Part shown: piece after piece, positions 51,560-62,443 of the stretch
Layout: the number at the start of each line of letters is the position of its first letter
How positions within the stretch are numbered: position 1 is the stretch's first letter
Source of the DNA: Nitrospirota bacterium
GTDB lineage: Bacteria; Nitrospirota; UBA9217
Direction of reading: 5' to 3'
Assembly: GCA_963818475.1 (NCBI GenBank)
Contig: CAWFSF010000006.1
Coordinates: 1,312,001-1,376,000, forward strand
Length of the DNA: 64,000 nt
Program-made: the position numbers and the translations under genes
Notes under the pieces: model-generated
The model's input: the letters and a program-made list of their open reading frames with translations, nothing else
What the model was told of the DNA's origin: nothing
The model's database searches: none

Positions 51560-53101
51560 TCATGGGTTGTCGACTCCCGTATCCGGGGATTCGGTTTTTC
51601 TGTCCATGTCAAACGTGCCGCCGTTGGAATCGACAACAGGGGTTTCGACTTGTTGTATCCCGGTTGGCGAAGTAAGTGCCCATACTCCGTTCTGATATGA
51701 GGAAAAGACCACTAGGGGTTCACCTGAGCTGTTTAACACGATCGGGAACTGTCCCCACGGCATGGCGGAGTATCCTCTTCCCTCATCGACCCGGTATCTC
51801 CATAAGAGCGTGCCGCTCGATAGATCGATTGCAAGAACATACTGCCTGGAGAAATATGAATTCGCAGCCGTTACCATCATAACGGGCGCGTTATCGTCTC
51901 CTGAAATGGTCATTGCTGAGCGGGGCCTGTACGTCGTGCCGAGGTTCATGAGCGTAGTCACATTTATTGTCTGAAGCACTTCCCCGGTTGTTTCCGAGAG
52001 CCTCAGAAGGTTCGCGGAACCGTAGGGAAAATACCACATACCTCCTCTTGGATCGCGGGCCGGGGAGGTCTGCGTCGCGGACGACAACCGATAGTTCCAT
52101 AAAAACTCCCCGCTCGTCCCCAGGTCCGTGACTGCAAAAGCGCGGGGTGCGCTTGACAACGCAGGGTCGGTTCCCGCTCCATCAAAAAAGATGACGGTAC
52201 GGTCCTCACTATCGGTGCTGAGCGTGGGCGATGCGCCGCTTGGCGCCCTGAATCCGACGAACCACGCGACCTGAAAACTGTATGCACCAAATCCGTCAGA
52301 GACAAGGTCCAGGGCAATTAATCTGCCGACCGGCAACGAAGACCCGTACCCATATTTAAACTGTGTTACGACGTATATCCTGTTCCCCCTGATCGCAGGT
52401 GTGTTCATCGTGTCGAAATAACCATTATAGGTCCTGCCGTTGTATGTTATGGCAGCGTTCAGTCTTAATTGGGCAAGCATCGCGCCGGAGTCGTAGTCGT
52501 AGGCGGATACAGGTCCGTTTAACGCGGCGAGAATGATCTCACCGTTGTCCGTAACCGTTGGACTGAAGGGTGTTCCTCCGGGAGTGGTACTCGTCCATTT
52601 CGCTTCGCCGTTTGGATAGAACCGGATGATCCTGCTGCTGTCCGCCATGATGACTCCGCTGTCGGATCCGATCATCGGCGCCGATAAGTAGGCATTGGAG
52701 CCGAAGACCGAAGAGCTCCACAATGCCGTCCCGTCGGGACCGTACACCCGCAGCTCCGACGGTTTGCTCGACGCCGACCTGAACGAACAGGCAACGGCAG
52801 CGCCGTTTGAAGAGCATCCAAGGCCGAGAAGAGAACCATTTACGGTCCTGTCTCTCCATGCCACGACTGGTTGCACGGGCATCGGAAGATGGGTGTTGTC
52901 CGTCATTGCCTGGTCGCAGTGGGCCATTGCGCAGCCTGTCGGGGCAACGATGTCTTGTGCAATCTGAGCCTCGGCAGATTGGTGGATAAGAAGTATGAGA
53001 GCAAAAGCAACAACCACACCAAACACACCGTTCACCCTGCGTCTGTCGGAAAGGAGCATTTCAACTCCTGAAGCTCTATTTTCCCTCAAGGTTCCATTCA
53101 T
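51560..53101 (-). CDS. Secreted PQQ-like beta-propeller protein (family B)
   Basis: Signal peptide; CAMAHCD; repeated G..LW blades. Confidence 0.7.
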   Translation of the reverse strand: MNGTLRENRASGVEMLLSDRRRVNGVFGVVVAFALILLIHQSAEAQIAQDIVAPTGCAMAHCDQAMTDNTHLPMPVQPVVAWRDRTVNGSLLGLGCSSNGAAVACSFRSASSKPSELRVYGPDGTALWSSSVFGSNAYLSAPMIGSDSGVIMADSSRIIRFYPNGEAKWTSTTPGGTPFSPTVTDNGEIILAALNGPVSAYDYDSGAMLAQLRLNAAITYNGRTYNGYFDTMNTPAIRGNRIYVVTQFKYGYGSSLPVGRLIALDLVSDGFGAYSFQVAWFVGFRAPSGASPTLSTDSEDRTVIFFDGAGTDPALSSAPRAFAVTDLGTSGEFLWNYRLSSATQTSPARDPRGGMWYFPYGSANLLRLSETTGEVLQTINVTTLMNLGTTYRPRSAMTISGDDNAPVMMVTAANSYFSRQYVLAIDLSSGTLLWRYRVDEGRGYSAMPWGQFPIVLNSSGEPLVVFSSYQNGVWALTSPTGIQQVETPVVDSNGGTFDMDRKTESPDTGVDNP

Positions 53102-53141
53102 TGTCGTCTCTCCTTCATTTCGGTAGAACAACCTGTTTTAT

Positions 53142-53741
53142 TCAAACTATCCGGTTCGCCGCCAGGTAATCGAGAATTTGTGACACGCACTCATCCACGC
53201 TCAATATATCCGACTTGATGCTGATTTCAGGATTTGACGGCACTTCATAGGGGTCGGAAACCCCGGTAAAGTGTTCGATCTGTCCGTTCCGCGCCTTCTT
53301 ATACATCCCTTTTGGATCTCTTGATTCGCAGACCGCTATATCGCAGTCCAGATATACTTCGACAAACTGTCTTTCGGGAAACAGACTGCGGATCATAGCC
53401 CGGTCGCTTCCATAAGGAGAAATGAATGACGCTATCGTGAGGATGCCTGCGTCGACAAACAACTTTGCGACTTCTCCGATTCTCCGTAAGTTTTCCTTGC
53501 GGTCCTCTTCTGAAAACCCGAGGTTTTTGTTCAACCCATGCCTCACGTTATCACCATCAAGCACGTACGATCGAATCCCTTCCTCATGAAGCCGCAACTC
53601 CAATTCGTGGGCAATTGTTGATTTCCCGGACGCGGACAGGCCGGTAATCCAAATAAGCGCTGACTTATGTTTATTGAGCTCCCACCTTTCTTTTTTTGTA
53701 AGAAGCCCGTTATGCCAGACAACATTGGATGTTAAAGTCAT
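53142..53741 (-). CDS. cysC: Adenylyl-sulfate kinase
   Basis: WITGLSASGKST, LDGDNVRHGL, SFISPY, RDPKGMY, FTGVSDPYE. Confidence 0.96.
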   Translation of the reverse strand: MTLTSNVVWHNGLLTKKERWELNKHKSALIWITGLSASGKSTIAHELELRLHEEGIRSYVLDGDNVRHGLNKNLGFSEEDRKENLRRIGEVAKLFVDAGILTIASFISPYGSDRAMIRSLFPERQFVEVYLDCDIAVCESRDPKGMYKKARNGQIEHFTGVSDPYEVPSNPEISIKSDILSVDECVSQILDYLAANRIV

Positions 53742-53807
53742 ACGATGCAACCTCCTTTTTTAATATATTCATGCGAGGCATGATCTGGTTGAGCGGGAAT
53801 GCGGCGT

Positions 53808-54146
53808 TCATGCGGCATCATGCTTAATTATCTGAGCAGCTGCTGCATTCGGTCCTTGAAACACCATACTTTTTTGCAAACTATTCGACTCTGTTGTTTC
53901 GCTCGTTTCCAATTTATAGCCTCTGAGCGATTGGAGCAGGCAATCGAGGATGTAGCTCGATACATAGACAATTTGATCATCCGTGAAACCTTTTTTTCTC
54001 AGAATCTTATAAAATGATTTTGCGACAATTTTCGTTGCGATCTCGGCGTCCTTTGTAGCCAGCATGAGTACCTGATCATAACCGTCATTTTGTTCCACAG
54101 CAATTTCCTCCTTCCTTGCGTCACCGTTGTAAATTTTCACAACCAT
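53808..54146 (-). CDS. Small hypothetical protein
   Basis: IVAKSFYKILRKKGFTDDQIV; SD GAGG. Confidence 0.6.
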   Translation of the reverse strand: MVVKIYNGDARKEEIAVEQNDGYDQVLMLATKDAEIATKIVAKSFYKILRKKGFTDDQIVYVSSYILDCLLQSLRGYKLETSETTESNSLQKSMVFQGPNAAAAQIIKHDAA

Positions 54147-54161
54147 TGATGACCTCTAAAG

Positions 54162-55166
54162 TTATTGGATAAAATCAAAAACAAAATCCAGCAGGTTCTT
54201 TCCGGATGTGCTTTGCAGGGACTCTAAAGTATGTTTGCCCGATTCGATCCGCAACAGCTTGATCGAATCGCCGCAGAACGACCATGAAGTTACATTGCCA
54301 TCCGTAACAGCATCCGCATCGCCGTCCATAACCGATTCTCCGCAACGCCGTGACACCCTGTCCGATAAATAATATCGTTCCCCGATAATGACAGGATCGA
54401 GCATCTGTTCCCCTGTTGCGAATAACGGGTTTATTGACCAGGTCGCCGCCTCCCAGTTGCCGGTCACTTGCAGCATATCGTCCTGTGAACCGACAATGCC
54501 GATATAGGGCTTAACGACCGACGGAGCGCAAGCAGTCTCAGGAGCAAGAAAGCGCTCGGACGGCGGCCCGGCAATGGCAACGTAGCCTTCGAACAGGTCC
54601 GGCTGTTCACACCATATCCGGTTTGCCATCATGCCGCCGTTTGAATGACCCACGATATAAAATCTGGTGATCTGATAGTGCGCGGATAGATAGGCAACCA
54701 GGTCGCGCAGAAACTGAACGTCGTCCTGGCCGCTGGTCATTACATAATTGCTCCACGTAAACGCCAAAGGCGCCGCAAGAACAGCCTGACCCTGCGGGAA
54801 GACCGCAAGAACCTTGTTGCCGAGAATTGTCTGTTCATCGACCCCGATGTAATCGCCTTCGACGGAGCTGGGAATGAGGCCGAGTTGGTACGCGAAAAAA
54901 TGTTTGGTGCCTGTGGCACCGTGCAGGAACACAATAGCCTTGTCCGCGTTCGTTGCCCGGTAGACATCGAAGAGGTGCGGAGCTGTGGAGAGTTTCTGGT
55001 TCGTTTCGACCAGGACATTCGGCTGTCCCCCAGGTTGGATTGAACCGGGGCCGCTGGTCGGGGAGCATCCAGAAACGAATAAACACAACACCATGATAGA
55101 GCACACAATCAGACCTGTTCGTTTGCGCTTATCTAATCGCATTACAGGCGATTTATTGCTTTTCAT
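54162..55166 (-). CDS. Lipoprotein esterase, PHB-depolymerase/LpqC-like (family C)
   Basis: Lipobox VSGC; FLHG, VFPQG, DDVQFL, GHSNGGMM. Confidence 0.85.
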   Translation of the reverse strand: MKSNKSPVMRLDKRKRTGLIVCSIMVLCLFVSGCSPTSGPGSIQPGGQPNVLVETNQKLSTAPHLFDVYRATNADKAIVFLHGATGTKHFFAYQLGLIPSSVEGDYIGVDEQTILGNKVLAVFPQGQAVLAAPLAFTWSNYVMTSGQDDVQFLRDLVAYLSAHYQITRFYIVGHSNGGMMANRIWCEQPDLFEGYVAIAGPPSERFLAPETACAPSVVKPYIGIVGSQDDMLQVTGNWEAATWSINPLFATGEQMLDPVIIGERYYLSDRVSRRCGESVMDGDADAVTDGNVTSWSFCGDSIKLLRIESGKHTLESLQSTSGKNLLDFVFDFIQ

Positions 55167-55210
55167 TTTCTTTCCTCGGTTGACTCTTTCTTAGCGATAC
55201 TCTGGCGGTG

Positions 55211-56644
55211 TTATTCCGCGGAAGTAAGAGCCCAGATCCCGTTCCCATATGTCGTAAAGACCACGACAGGCTTATTTGCGCTGTTCATCACAATCGGGAA
55301 TTGTCCCATTGGTACGCCGTTTATCCCTCTTCCCTGATCAATCCGGAATTTCCATAATAAACTGCCCGAGTCAACGGTCAAATCAATTGCAGTAACATAC
55401 GCCCTGGAGTAATACGAGGTTGAAGCTGTAACGAGCATAATCGGTTCAGTTTCGCTTCCAGAAATAGTCATGACAGAATAGGGAGTGAATGTGCCTGAAT
55501 CGGTAATAAGTGAGTCTATATTTATCCTCTGGAGCAGATGCCCGTCAATTTCAGAGAGTCTGAGAAGTTCCGACCGCCGCGGTGCGTACCACCACACTCC
55601 TCCTCTTGGATCGAGCGCCGGTGAAGCTTCCGGTTTATACGCCATCGGATATGTCCACAGAAGCTCTCCGCTTGTTCCTTTATCCGTTACTGCAAAGGCC
55701 TGCGGACTCAGTGTTCCGCCCGGTGTCAGTCCGCTTCCGTCAAAGTGAACAACGGTCCTCCCTTCCTGATCACTGCCCAAGGTAGGGGTCGCGCCGCTGG
55801 GCGCTCTGAATGAGAAATACCAGGCGACCTGAAGGCTGTAGTTTCCCTGGTTGTTCACAAGATCCAGGGAATACAATCTCCCGATCGGCAGCGTGCTTCC
55901 GTAGGAGCCGTATTTGAACTGAGTTGAAACGTATATTCTATTTCCCTTGATCGCAGGGGTGTTTAGAGTGTCAAAATACCCGCTATAGGTCCGGGAGTTA
56001 TAGGTCACCGTTGCATTAAGTCTTAATTGCGCAAGCGTATCTCCGGTCGTGTAAGAGTACGCTGATATCGGCCCTCCGTAAGTTGCCAGGACGATCTCGC
56101 CATTGTCGGTAACGTTGGAACTTATCGGGAAGCCTCCGGCAGTTGGTTTGGACCAGACCACACTGCCCGTCGGACCAAACCGTATGATCCTGTTCTGGTC
56201 TGCTGAGATAACTCCTCCTGAGGGGTCAACCAGCGGTGTTGCAGGAACGCCGGCGCTGCTGAATGCCGTAGAGCTCCACAGTATATTCCCGTCCCGGTTG
56301 TAGGTCCGCACTTCCACAGGCTTGCTCGTGGTCGATCTGAACGAGCATGCAACGACCTCGCTGTTTGAAGCACATCCGATACCCATGCGGGAACCATTGA
56401 CGGTTGTGTCTCTCCACACCTGAACGACTTCGCTTGATACGGGAGGTGAAAGATGCACATTATCGGTCATTGCCTGATCGCAGTGGGCCATGGCGCATCC
56501 AGTCTGCGCAACCACGTCATCCGCAGTCAGAGCATCAGCGGATTCTTGCAGGGAAAGCGTGAGGGCAAAAACGCTGCAAAGGACGATCAAGAAATGCCGG
56601 AGTTTATTTCTTAAATCTCCTTCAACCGTTATATTTTTTGTCAT
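55211..56644 (-). CDS. Secreted PQQ-like beta-propeller protein (family B paralogue)
   Basis: GCAMAHCDQAMTDN, GYFDTLNTPAI.GNRIYV, GQFPIV shared with 51560-53101. Confidence 0.72.
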   Translation of the reverse strand: MTKNITVEGDLRNKLRHFLIVLCSVFALTLSLQESADALTADDVVAQTGCAMAHCDQAMTDNVHLSPPVSSEVVQVWRDTTVNGSRMGIGCASNSEVVACSFRSTTSKPVEVRTYNRDGNILWSSTAFSSAGVPATPLVDPSGGVISADQNRIIRFGPTGSVVWSKPTAGGFPISSNVTDNGEIVLATYGGPISAYSYTTGDTLAQLRLNATVTYNSRTYSGYFDTLNTPAIKGNRIYVSTQFKYGSYGSTLPIGRLYSLDLVNNQGNYSLQVAWYFSFRAPSGATPTLGSDQEGRTVVHFDGSGLTPGGTLSPQAFAVTDKGTSGELLWTYPMAYKPEASPALDPRGGVWWYAPRRSELLRLSEIDGHLLQRINIDSLITDSGTFTPYSVMTISGSETEPIMLVTASTSYYSRAYVTAIDLTVDSGSLLWKFRIDQGRGINGVPMGQFPIVMNSANKPVVVFTTYGNGIWALTSAE

Positions 56645-56665
56645 GCTGTCTCCTTACGCACGTTA

Positions 56666-58262
56666 TTAAGGATTTGTCTTAATATTTTTTTGATTAAGAC
56701 CATATTGCCGTACGGTGCGCACCGGGAGATCAATCGAAGGGACCGTGCTCGGCGTCCTGTCGCCGATTCCAGGAGCTCCTGTTACAGTAAAGTTGGCCAG
56801 GCTCACCGCTGTTCCGGCTGAGTTGGTTACTTGAATCGGACCAGTTGTTGCTCCAACAGGGACGATTGCCATCAGTATTTTGGGAGTGGAACCAAAACGA
56901 AGGGACGGCTTGCCATTGAATGTGACGGACTGGATATCGACAAAATTATTTCCGGTCAGCGTGACAGCGGTGCCCACGTCTCCTGATGCAGGTGAAACAC
57001 CTGTTATGACGGGAAGCAGGTTCATGATCGTCGTCGGGTTCTCGAAAAAGGCAAAGGTCTTGTCGTTCATATTGGAAAAGAACGTGTGCCCTGAATGGGC
57101 TGCGCGCAACTGCCTGCCGATTTCCGAAAGAAAATCAGTATACCCCGCTAGGAAGGGCTGCCACCCAATCCGCTGCGCCGTCGCCATTTCCGTCTTCCAG
57201 CGCGTACGCCAGAAGAAAATTCTGCGCATCCAGCAGCCCATTCGCTTTCAGTCCTCGCTGCAATAGCTGGGAATCCGTTTGAGACAATCCGGGAATGCCC
57301 CAAAATCTGTCGGGATGTACCGGGGTGGGCTCCTGTATCCATAGCTGCGTAGCTATGCCGCGGTCGAGCAACAGATCAAAATCGGAAAGCGCCCATCCAT
57401 TGTCCATTACATCGTCATTCCGGGCCAGCATAAAAATGGTAGGAACAGCAGTGTTCTCCAGGGCAGCTCGGCTTCCCGGGCAAATATATGATGCAACAGC
57501 CTTGACAGTAAACGGCAAGGCGCCGCGATCAGCCTCAGCGGCAGCCCTGGTTGCGAAAAACCCGCCTTGAGAAATCCCGACAAAATAAACGGGATAGCTG
57601 GCAAGTATCATTCCTTTTGCGATCAATCGTTTGTGCACTTCAACCAGTCGCGCCATATCAACATTATCCGCAACGGCTGTATGGTCCACATCCCACAGAC
57701 CTTTTTTCCTTTCATAGCTCTCGATCATTACAACTGCGAAATTACGCGAGAGAGCCTGATCGACAAAACGGGTCATTTCCAAACTGGCTATAAGTTCTGC
57801 GATGCCGCCCCTGATCCCGTGAAATACATAAATAACGCCGACAGGATGCTCGGGAAAAGACGTTATGATGTGCGGCGATTTCCAACGAGCAGCATCCTTG
57901 AACTGCGCAGTTACGCTACTATTCTGCGACGGCATAACCAGTGTCGTTTCTCTTGCCTTGATATCATTGACCGTGGCAGTATCACCGCTCCAGCGGGCAA
58001 ATATGCGAAGCGGTGCCTTAGCGTCGCCAGGCTCTGCGGTAGAAGTCGCCGGGTCATTGGCATCATAGGGGAAGGCTGAGATATGCACTATCGATGAAGG
58101 TTCATAGAACCCTCCTCCGCTTCCTCCATTGACGATGAGCTGATACGGAACTGCATACGCCCCATTGGCTGCCCCCATACTACATAAACACGTAATAGAG
58201 AGTAATGCGATGCGAACGAATGACAAAACGCCGAGCAACCGTTTTGCGAACTGGCTCATCAC
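56666..58262 (-). CDS. Secreted alpha/beta hydrolase with IPT/TIG domain (family D; indel near 57145)
   Basis: FHG, GISQGG, NDDV; collinear with 59470-61233. Confidence 0.78.
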
Positions 58263-58419
58263 TTGTTTTCCTCTCTGCCCGACATAGCGGACTTGTTTTT
58301 ATGCTGTCATGAACATACCGGCATCCACAAACAGGATTTCGCCACTTCACCTGCTCCTCGCAGTTCTCCTTGCCAAGGGGCGTCACTCACCCGATGACAT
58401 TTTCTGAAATCTATTCATA

Positions 58420-58462
58420 TGTGACTTGAATCACTGAGAAAATAACCCGGAAGAGTAATACT
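58420..58462 (+). promoter_or_regulatory. Class II CRP-type promoter
   Basis: TGTGA-cttgaa-TCACT centred 29.5 bp before -10 AATACT. Confidence 0.65.
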
Positions 58463-58507
58463 AAAATCGTACAGTACGAACTGTGCGCATGGTGAAACGG
58501 AGGCTTT

Positions 58508-59446
58508 ATGAAACGATTTGCTGCCGGCCTTATTGCTTTATTCCTGGTGTCTGGTCCGTTGCCCGCGTCTGCCATGACTCCGGGCCCTCCTCAGTCTCTC
58601 TGCATCGTCAATACTGCAGTGCAGTACACGGACGGAAAATCGGGAACCTATACCATGACGTACGAAACCTTCGAGAACCCGGCATGGGTCGGCGGCACCC
58701 CGGTAACCGTCTTCTTTCCGAAAGAACGGACCGATCCGGCGCCGGTCATGTTCTTTTCCCACGGCTACGGCGGCTCAGCCTGGATCAGCTACAAAACAAT
58801 GATTACCCATCTGGTTACGCGCGGATTCATTGTGGTTTATTCCCCCTATCCTTCGACGACAAATTATTCCGGGCTGTATGACATCATGTGGAACGGGTTT
58901 CAGATGGCAGCAGAGCGCTATGCAGCGCGTATGAATTTGCAGCAAGTCGGTTTCCTCGGCCACTCTTTCGGCGGCGGTTCCGTACCAGCCATGGCCTGGA
59001 AAGGCCTTGTGGAGAAAGGCTGGGGAAAACAGGGCGCATTCCTCTTCGTCCTCGCGCCGTCGCCTGCGCTTCAAATGACCGACAACCAATTCAGTTCTTT
59101 TCCGAAGCAGGCAACCATGATCGTGCAGTCTTACAATGAAGACACTGTTGTCGATCATCGCTACGCGATCGATATTTTCAACAAAATGGGGGTTTCGGAT
59201 TCGCAAAAAGCGTACTACAACATTCTTACCGGCGCTGTTTCCCCGGCAGGTCATACCGTGCCGTCCGACAGGGAGATCAATGACCTTGATGTCTACGCTG
59301 TTCGGACGCCCCTCGATGCCCTTATCGATATAACCTTCAAGCTCACCGACCGCGTATGCGATGCGAAAAGCTATGCTTTATTCGGCTACGGCGATCATTT
59401 TCAACACACGGTGACGAAAACGCCTGCTCCTGTGGCCGCGCAGTAG
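58508..59446 (+). CDS. Secreted alpha/beta hydrolase (family A paralogue)
   Basis: Signal peptide; SHGYGG, GHSFGG, HFQHTVTK shared with 50278. Confidence 0.85.
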   Translation: MKRFAAGLIALFLVSGPLPASAMTPGPPQSLCIVNTAVQYTDGKSGTYTMTYETFENPAWVGGTPVTVFFPKERTDPAPVMFFSHGYGGSAWISYKTMITHLVTRGFIVVYSPYPSTTNYSGLYDIMWNGFQMAAERYAARMNLQQVGFLGHSFGGGSVPAMAWKGLVEKGWGKQGAFLFVLAPSPALQMTDNQFSSFPKQATMIVQSYNEDTVVDHRYAIDIFNKMGVSDSQKAYYNILTGAVSPAGHTVPSDREINDLDVYAVRTPLDALIDITFKLTDRVCDAKSYALFGYGDHFQHTVTKTPAPVAAQ

Positions 59447-59469
59447 CCAGCGAGACTGTTTAATCCGCT

Positions 59470-61233
59470 TTAAGCCGCAGACCATCGTTCTGATACGCTG
59501 CCATACGAACCGCCAAAAATCCAAAAACGCGTTGTACTGGTCGCGGATCCGGCCGGTGTCGTCACCGTAATCCGGCTCGTCTGGGCGCCTTGAGGGACAA
59601 CTGCCCGAACCGAGGTATCCGACAGTACGACGAACGAAGCCTGGATCTGGCCGAATCTCACTGACGTTGTGCCTGACAGGCCTGTTCCAGTTATTGTTAC
59701 GGCTGTGCCCGTTCTTCCCCATGAAGGCGTAAATCCCGAAATAGTGGGGCTGACAATCTGGGTAACGGTGAAAGTGCTTGAACTCACAACTGATCCTGCG
59801 GAATTAGTAATTTCCAGAGGCCCGGTTGTTGCGCCGGCAGGGACCGTCGCCGTAAGCCGCGTGGGATAGTTAACAATAAAGCTTGAGGGTGTGCCGTTGA
59901 ACGTTACTGACAGGATATCGACAAAATTATTACCGGTCACCGTGACCTGAGTACCGACGTTTCCTGAAGCGGGTGAAAAACTCGTTATCTCGGGGAGCAT
60001 ATTGATAATCGTCGTCGGATTTTCAAAAAAGGCAAAGGTCTTGTCGTTCAAGTCTGAAAAAAAGATGTGTCCGGTGTGCGCAACAAGCAGCTGGTTGGAT
60101 ATCTCAAACAAGAAAGCCGCATATCCTGCTGGAATAGCCGTCCGCCACTCGGGAAGCCCGTCGCCGTTCGAATCTGACAATGCGGACGGCAGGAGAAAGT
60201 CATTGGCATCGAGCATTCCTTTTGCCTTCAGTCCGCTCTGGAGCAGCTGTGAATCGCCTTGCGACAGGCCGGGGATTCCCCAGAACCTGTCGGGATGCAC
60301 GGGAGTCGGCGCGAGTATCCATACCTGCGAAGCAATGCCGCGGTCAAGCAGCAGATCGAAGTTGACAAGCGCCCCTGTATTGTCTATTACATTGTCATTC
60401 CGGGCCTGAATAAAAATGGTCGGGCTCAATGTCGCAGCCAACGCTTCACGGTTGCCCCAGGAAATATAGGACGCCACCGCGTTCACGGCGAACGGCAAGG
60501 CTCCCTGCCCTGCCTGCTCCGCAACCATGGTTGCGAAGATGCCGCCGTAGGATATCCCCATGCAATAAACTGGATATTCAGCGCGTATTTTCCCTTCGGC
60601 CGTCAATTGAGTATGCACATGGGCCAGCCGCTGCATGTCGATATTGTCGACTGCAGCAGGGTGGTCCACATCCCAGAGCCCCCCTTTTCTCTCATAGCTT
60701 TCCAGAATTACTACGGCGAACCTGCGCGAAACAGCCTGGTCGACAAACCGGGTAACTTCGAGACTGCCGAGAAGGCCGGTTATGTCTCCCCCCATCCCAT
60801 GGAAAAGGTAAATAACACCGACCGGATTCTCGGGGAAATAGGACGCCAGGCGCGGCATTGCCCATCGCGGCGCATCCTTAAATTGCGCCGTAATGGTTAT
60901 GTTCTGCGACGGCATGACCAGCGTCGTTTCCTTTGCCATGATATCCGCGATTGCCGCGGTGTCACCGGTCCAGCGGTCGAAGATCCGCACAGGAACGGCA
61001 GCGTCCACCGGTTCGATAGTCAAAGTTGCCGGATCAGAAGTATCATACGGCGAGGCTGAAATATGGACGACAGATGCAGGTTCGTAAAATCCCCCTCCTC
61101 GCCCTTTATTCACGGTGAGTTCATAGGGCGCAGCATCGGCCCCTGAGACTGTCCCCGCAATATCTGTTAAAGAGAAGATGAATAGAGTAAAAAAAAACGA
61201 TAAAATCTGAAACCGTCTCAGCGATTGATTCAC
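59470..61233 (-). CDS. Secreted alpha/beta hydrolase with two IPT/TIG domains (family D paralogue)
   Basis: FHGMGG, GISYGG; ITSFSPASG and ISGFTPSWG IPT repeats. Confidence 0.82.
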   Translation of the reverse strand: MNQSLRRFQILSFFFTLFIFSLTDIAGTVSGADAAPYELTVNKGRGGGFYEPASVVHISASPYDTSDPATLTIEPVDAAVPVRIFDRWTGDTAAIADIMAKETTLVMPSQNITITAQFKDAPRWAMPRLASYFPENPVGVIYLFHGMGGDITGLLGSLEVTRFVDQAVSRRFAVVILESYERKGGLWDVDHPAAVDNIDMQRLAHVHTQLTAEGKIRAEYPVYCMGISYGGIFATMVAEQAGQGALPFAVNAVASYISWGNREALAATLSPTIFIQARNDNVIDNTGALVNFDLLLDRGIASQVWILAPTPVHPDRFWGIPGLSQGDSQLLQSGLKAKGMLDANDFLLPSALSDSNGDGLPEWRTAIPAGYAAFLFEISNQLLVAHTGHIFFSDLNDKTFAFFENPTTIINMLPEITSFSPASGNVGTQVTVTGNNFVDILSVTFNGTPSSFIVNYPTRLTATVPAGATTGPLEITNSAGSVVSSSTFTVTQIVSPTISGFTPSWGRTGTAVTITGTGLSGTTSVRFGQIQASFVVLSDTSVRAVVPQGAQTSRITVTTPAGSATSTTRFWIFGGSYGSVSERWSAA

Positions 61234-61347
61234 CTCGGTTGCCCCCTTTAAACGGGTTTGGAACGGAAATTACTCCACTTTTAATCCAGGTAAATCTGAA
61301 TTCCCGATAGAGACTTCCAGTGACGACGAAAAAATGTCGTTGCAGCG

Positions 61348-62317
61348 TTACGAAGGAGACAGGAATCCCCAGACTGCTTTTTGCAGCGCGTCCAGGCCTT
61401 GCTCCGAATCAACTCTCAGCAGCTTGATTGAGTCTTCGCAGAACGACCATTTTGTGATCGAACCGTCCGTAATCGCAGAGGCATCGCCGTCCTGCACCAA
61501 TTCGGCGCAACGCTTCGACACCCTGGTCTGCAAAAAATACCGTTCACCGATGACAACGGGGTCGACAAATGCTTCAGGCGCCAGCATCAGGTCCTGATTG
61601 ATCGTCCACGTCGGTGGCCTCCCAGTTGTCGCGGACTCCCAGCACGGCGTCCGCTGAACGAACAATGCCGAGATAGGGTTTTGCTTCAGCAGGCGAACAC
61701 TGGGTCGATGGTTCGAGAAACCGTTGTGACGGCGGACCGCCGATGGCTATATACCCGTCGAATAATTCCGGCGCCTCACACCAGATGCGGTTTACCATCA
61801 TGCCCCCGGTGGAGTGACCGACAATATAAAAGCGGGTGATATTATACCGGGAGGAAATAGACGCGACCAGTTCGCGGATAAATGCCATATCATCCTGGCC
61901 GCTGTCCGTCACATAATTGTTCCAGGTATATGCTTCGGGCGCGGCCGGGATAGCCTGGCCCTGGGGAAAAACAGCCAATGCCCTGTTCGCAAGCAGCACC
62001 TCCTCATTGACAGCGCTGTAGTCTGCATCCACATCGTTCAGGTTTATTCCGAATTGATACGCGGCATGGTGTTTGTCTGCGCCGCCTCCATGCAGGAAAA
62101 TAATGGCTTTATTTGCATTGGTCGCGCGGTAAATATCGAACCCTTGCGGAGCAGTAGGGAGTGTTTGATCGGGTTCCACGATCACTCCGGCCGTGGCGCC
62201 GACGACGTTTTCCGACTTCGACTCTGAACTGCAACCACACATGATGAGAAAAACCGACAACATACTTACCATCCAGATTCCGCTGCCTGATAACCGTGCT
62301 CTATTCTTCTTGTTCAT
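61348..62317 (-). CDS. Lipoprotein esterase (family C paralogue; indels near 61600-61665)
   Basis: FLHGGG, VFPQG, DDMAFI, GHSTGGMM; collinear with 54162-55166. Confidence 0.8.
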
Positions 62318-62443
62318 GATCTATTTCTCCTCTCAGATTATAGGGGCGAGAGGTCAACCTCCCACCCTGCTTCAAACCAACGTTTAACCGCTTCTCAAAC
62401 TTCATGTCCCGGACCACCAGTGATTGCCGTCCAAGGCTGCCTT

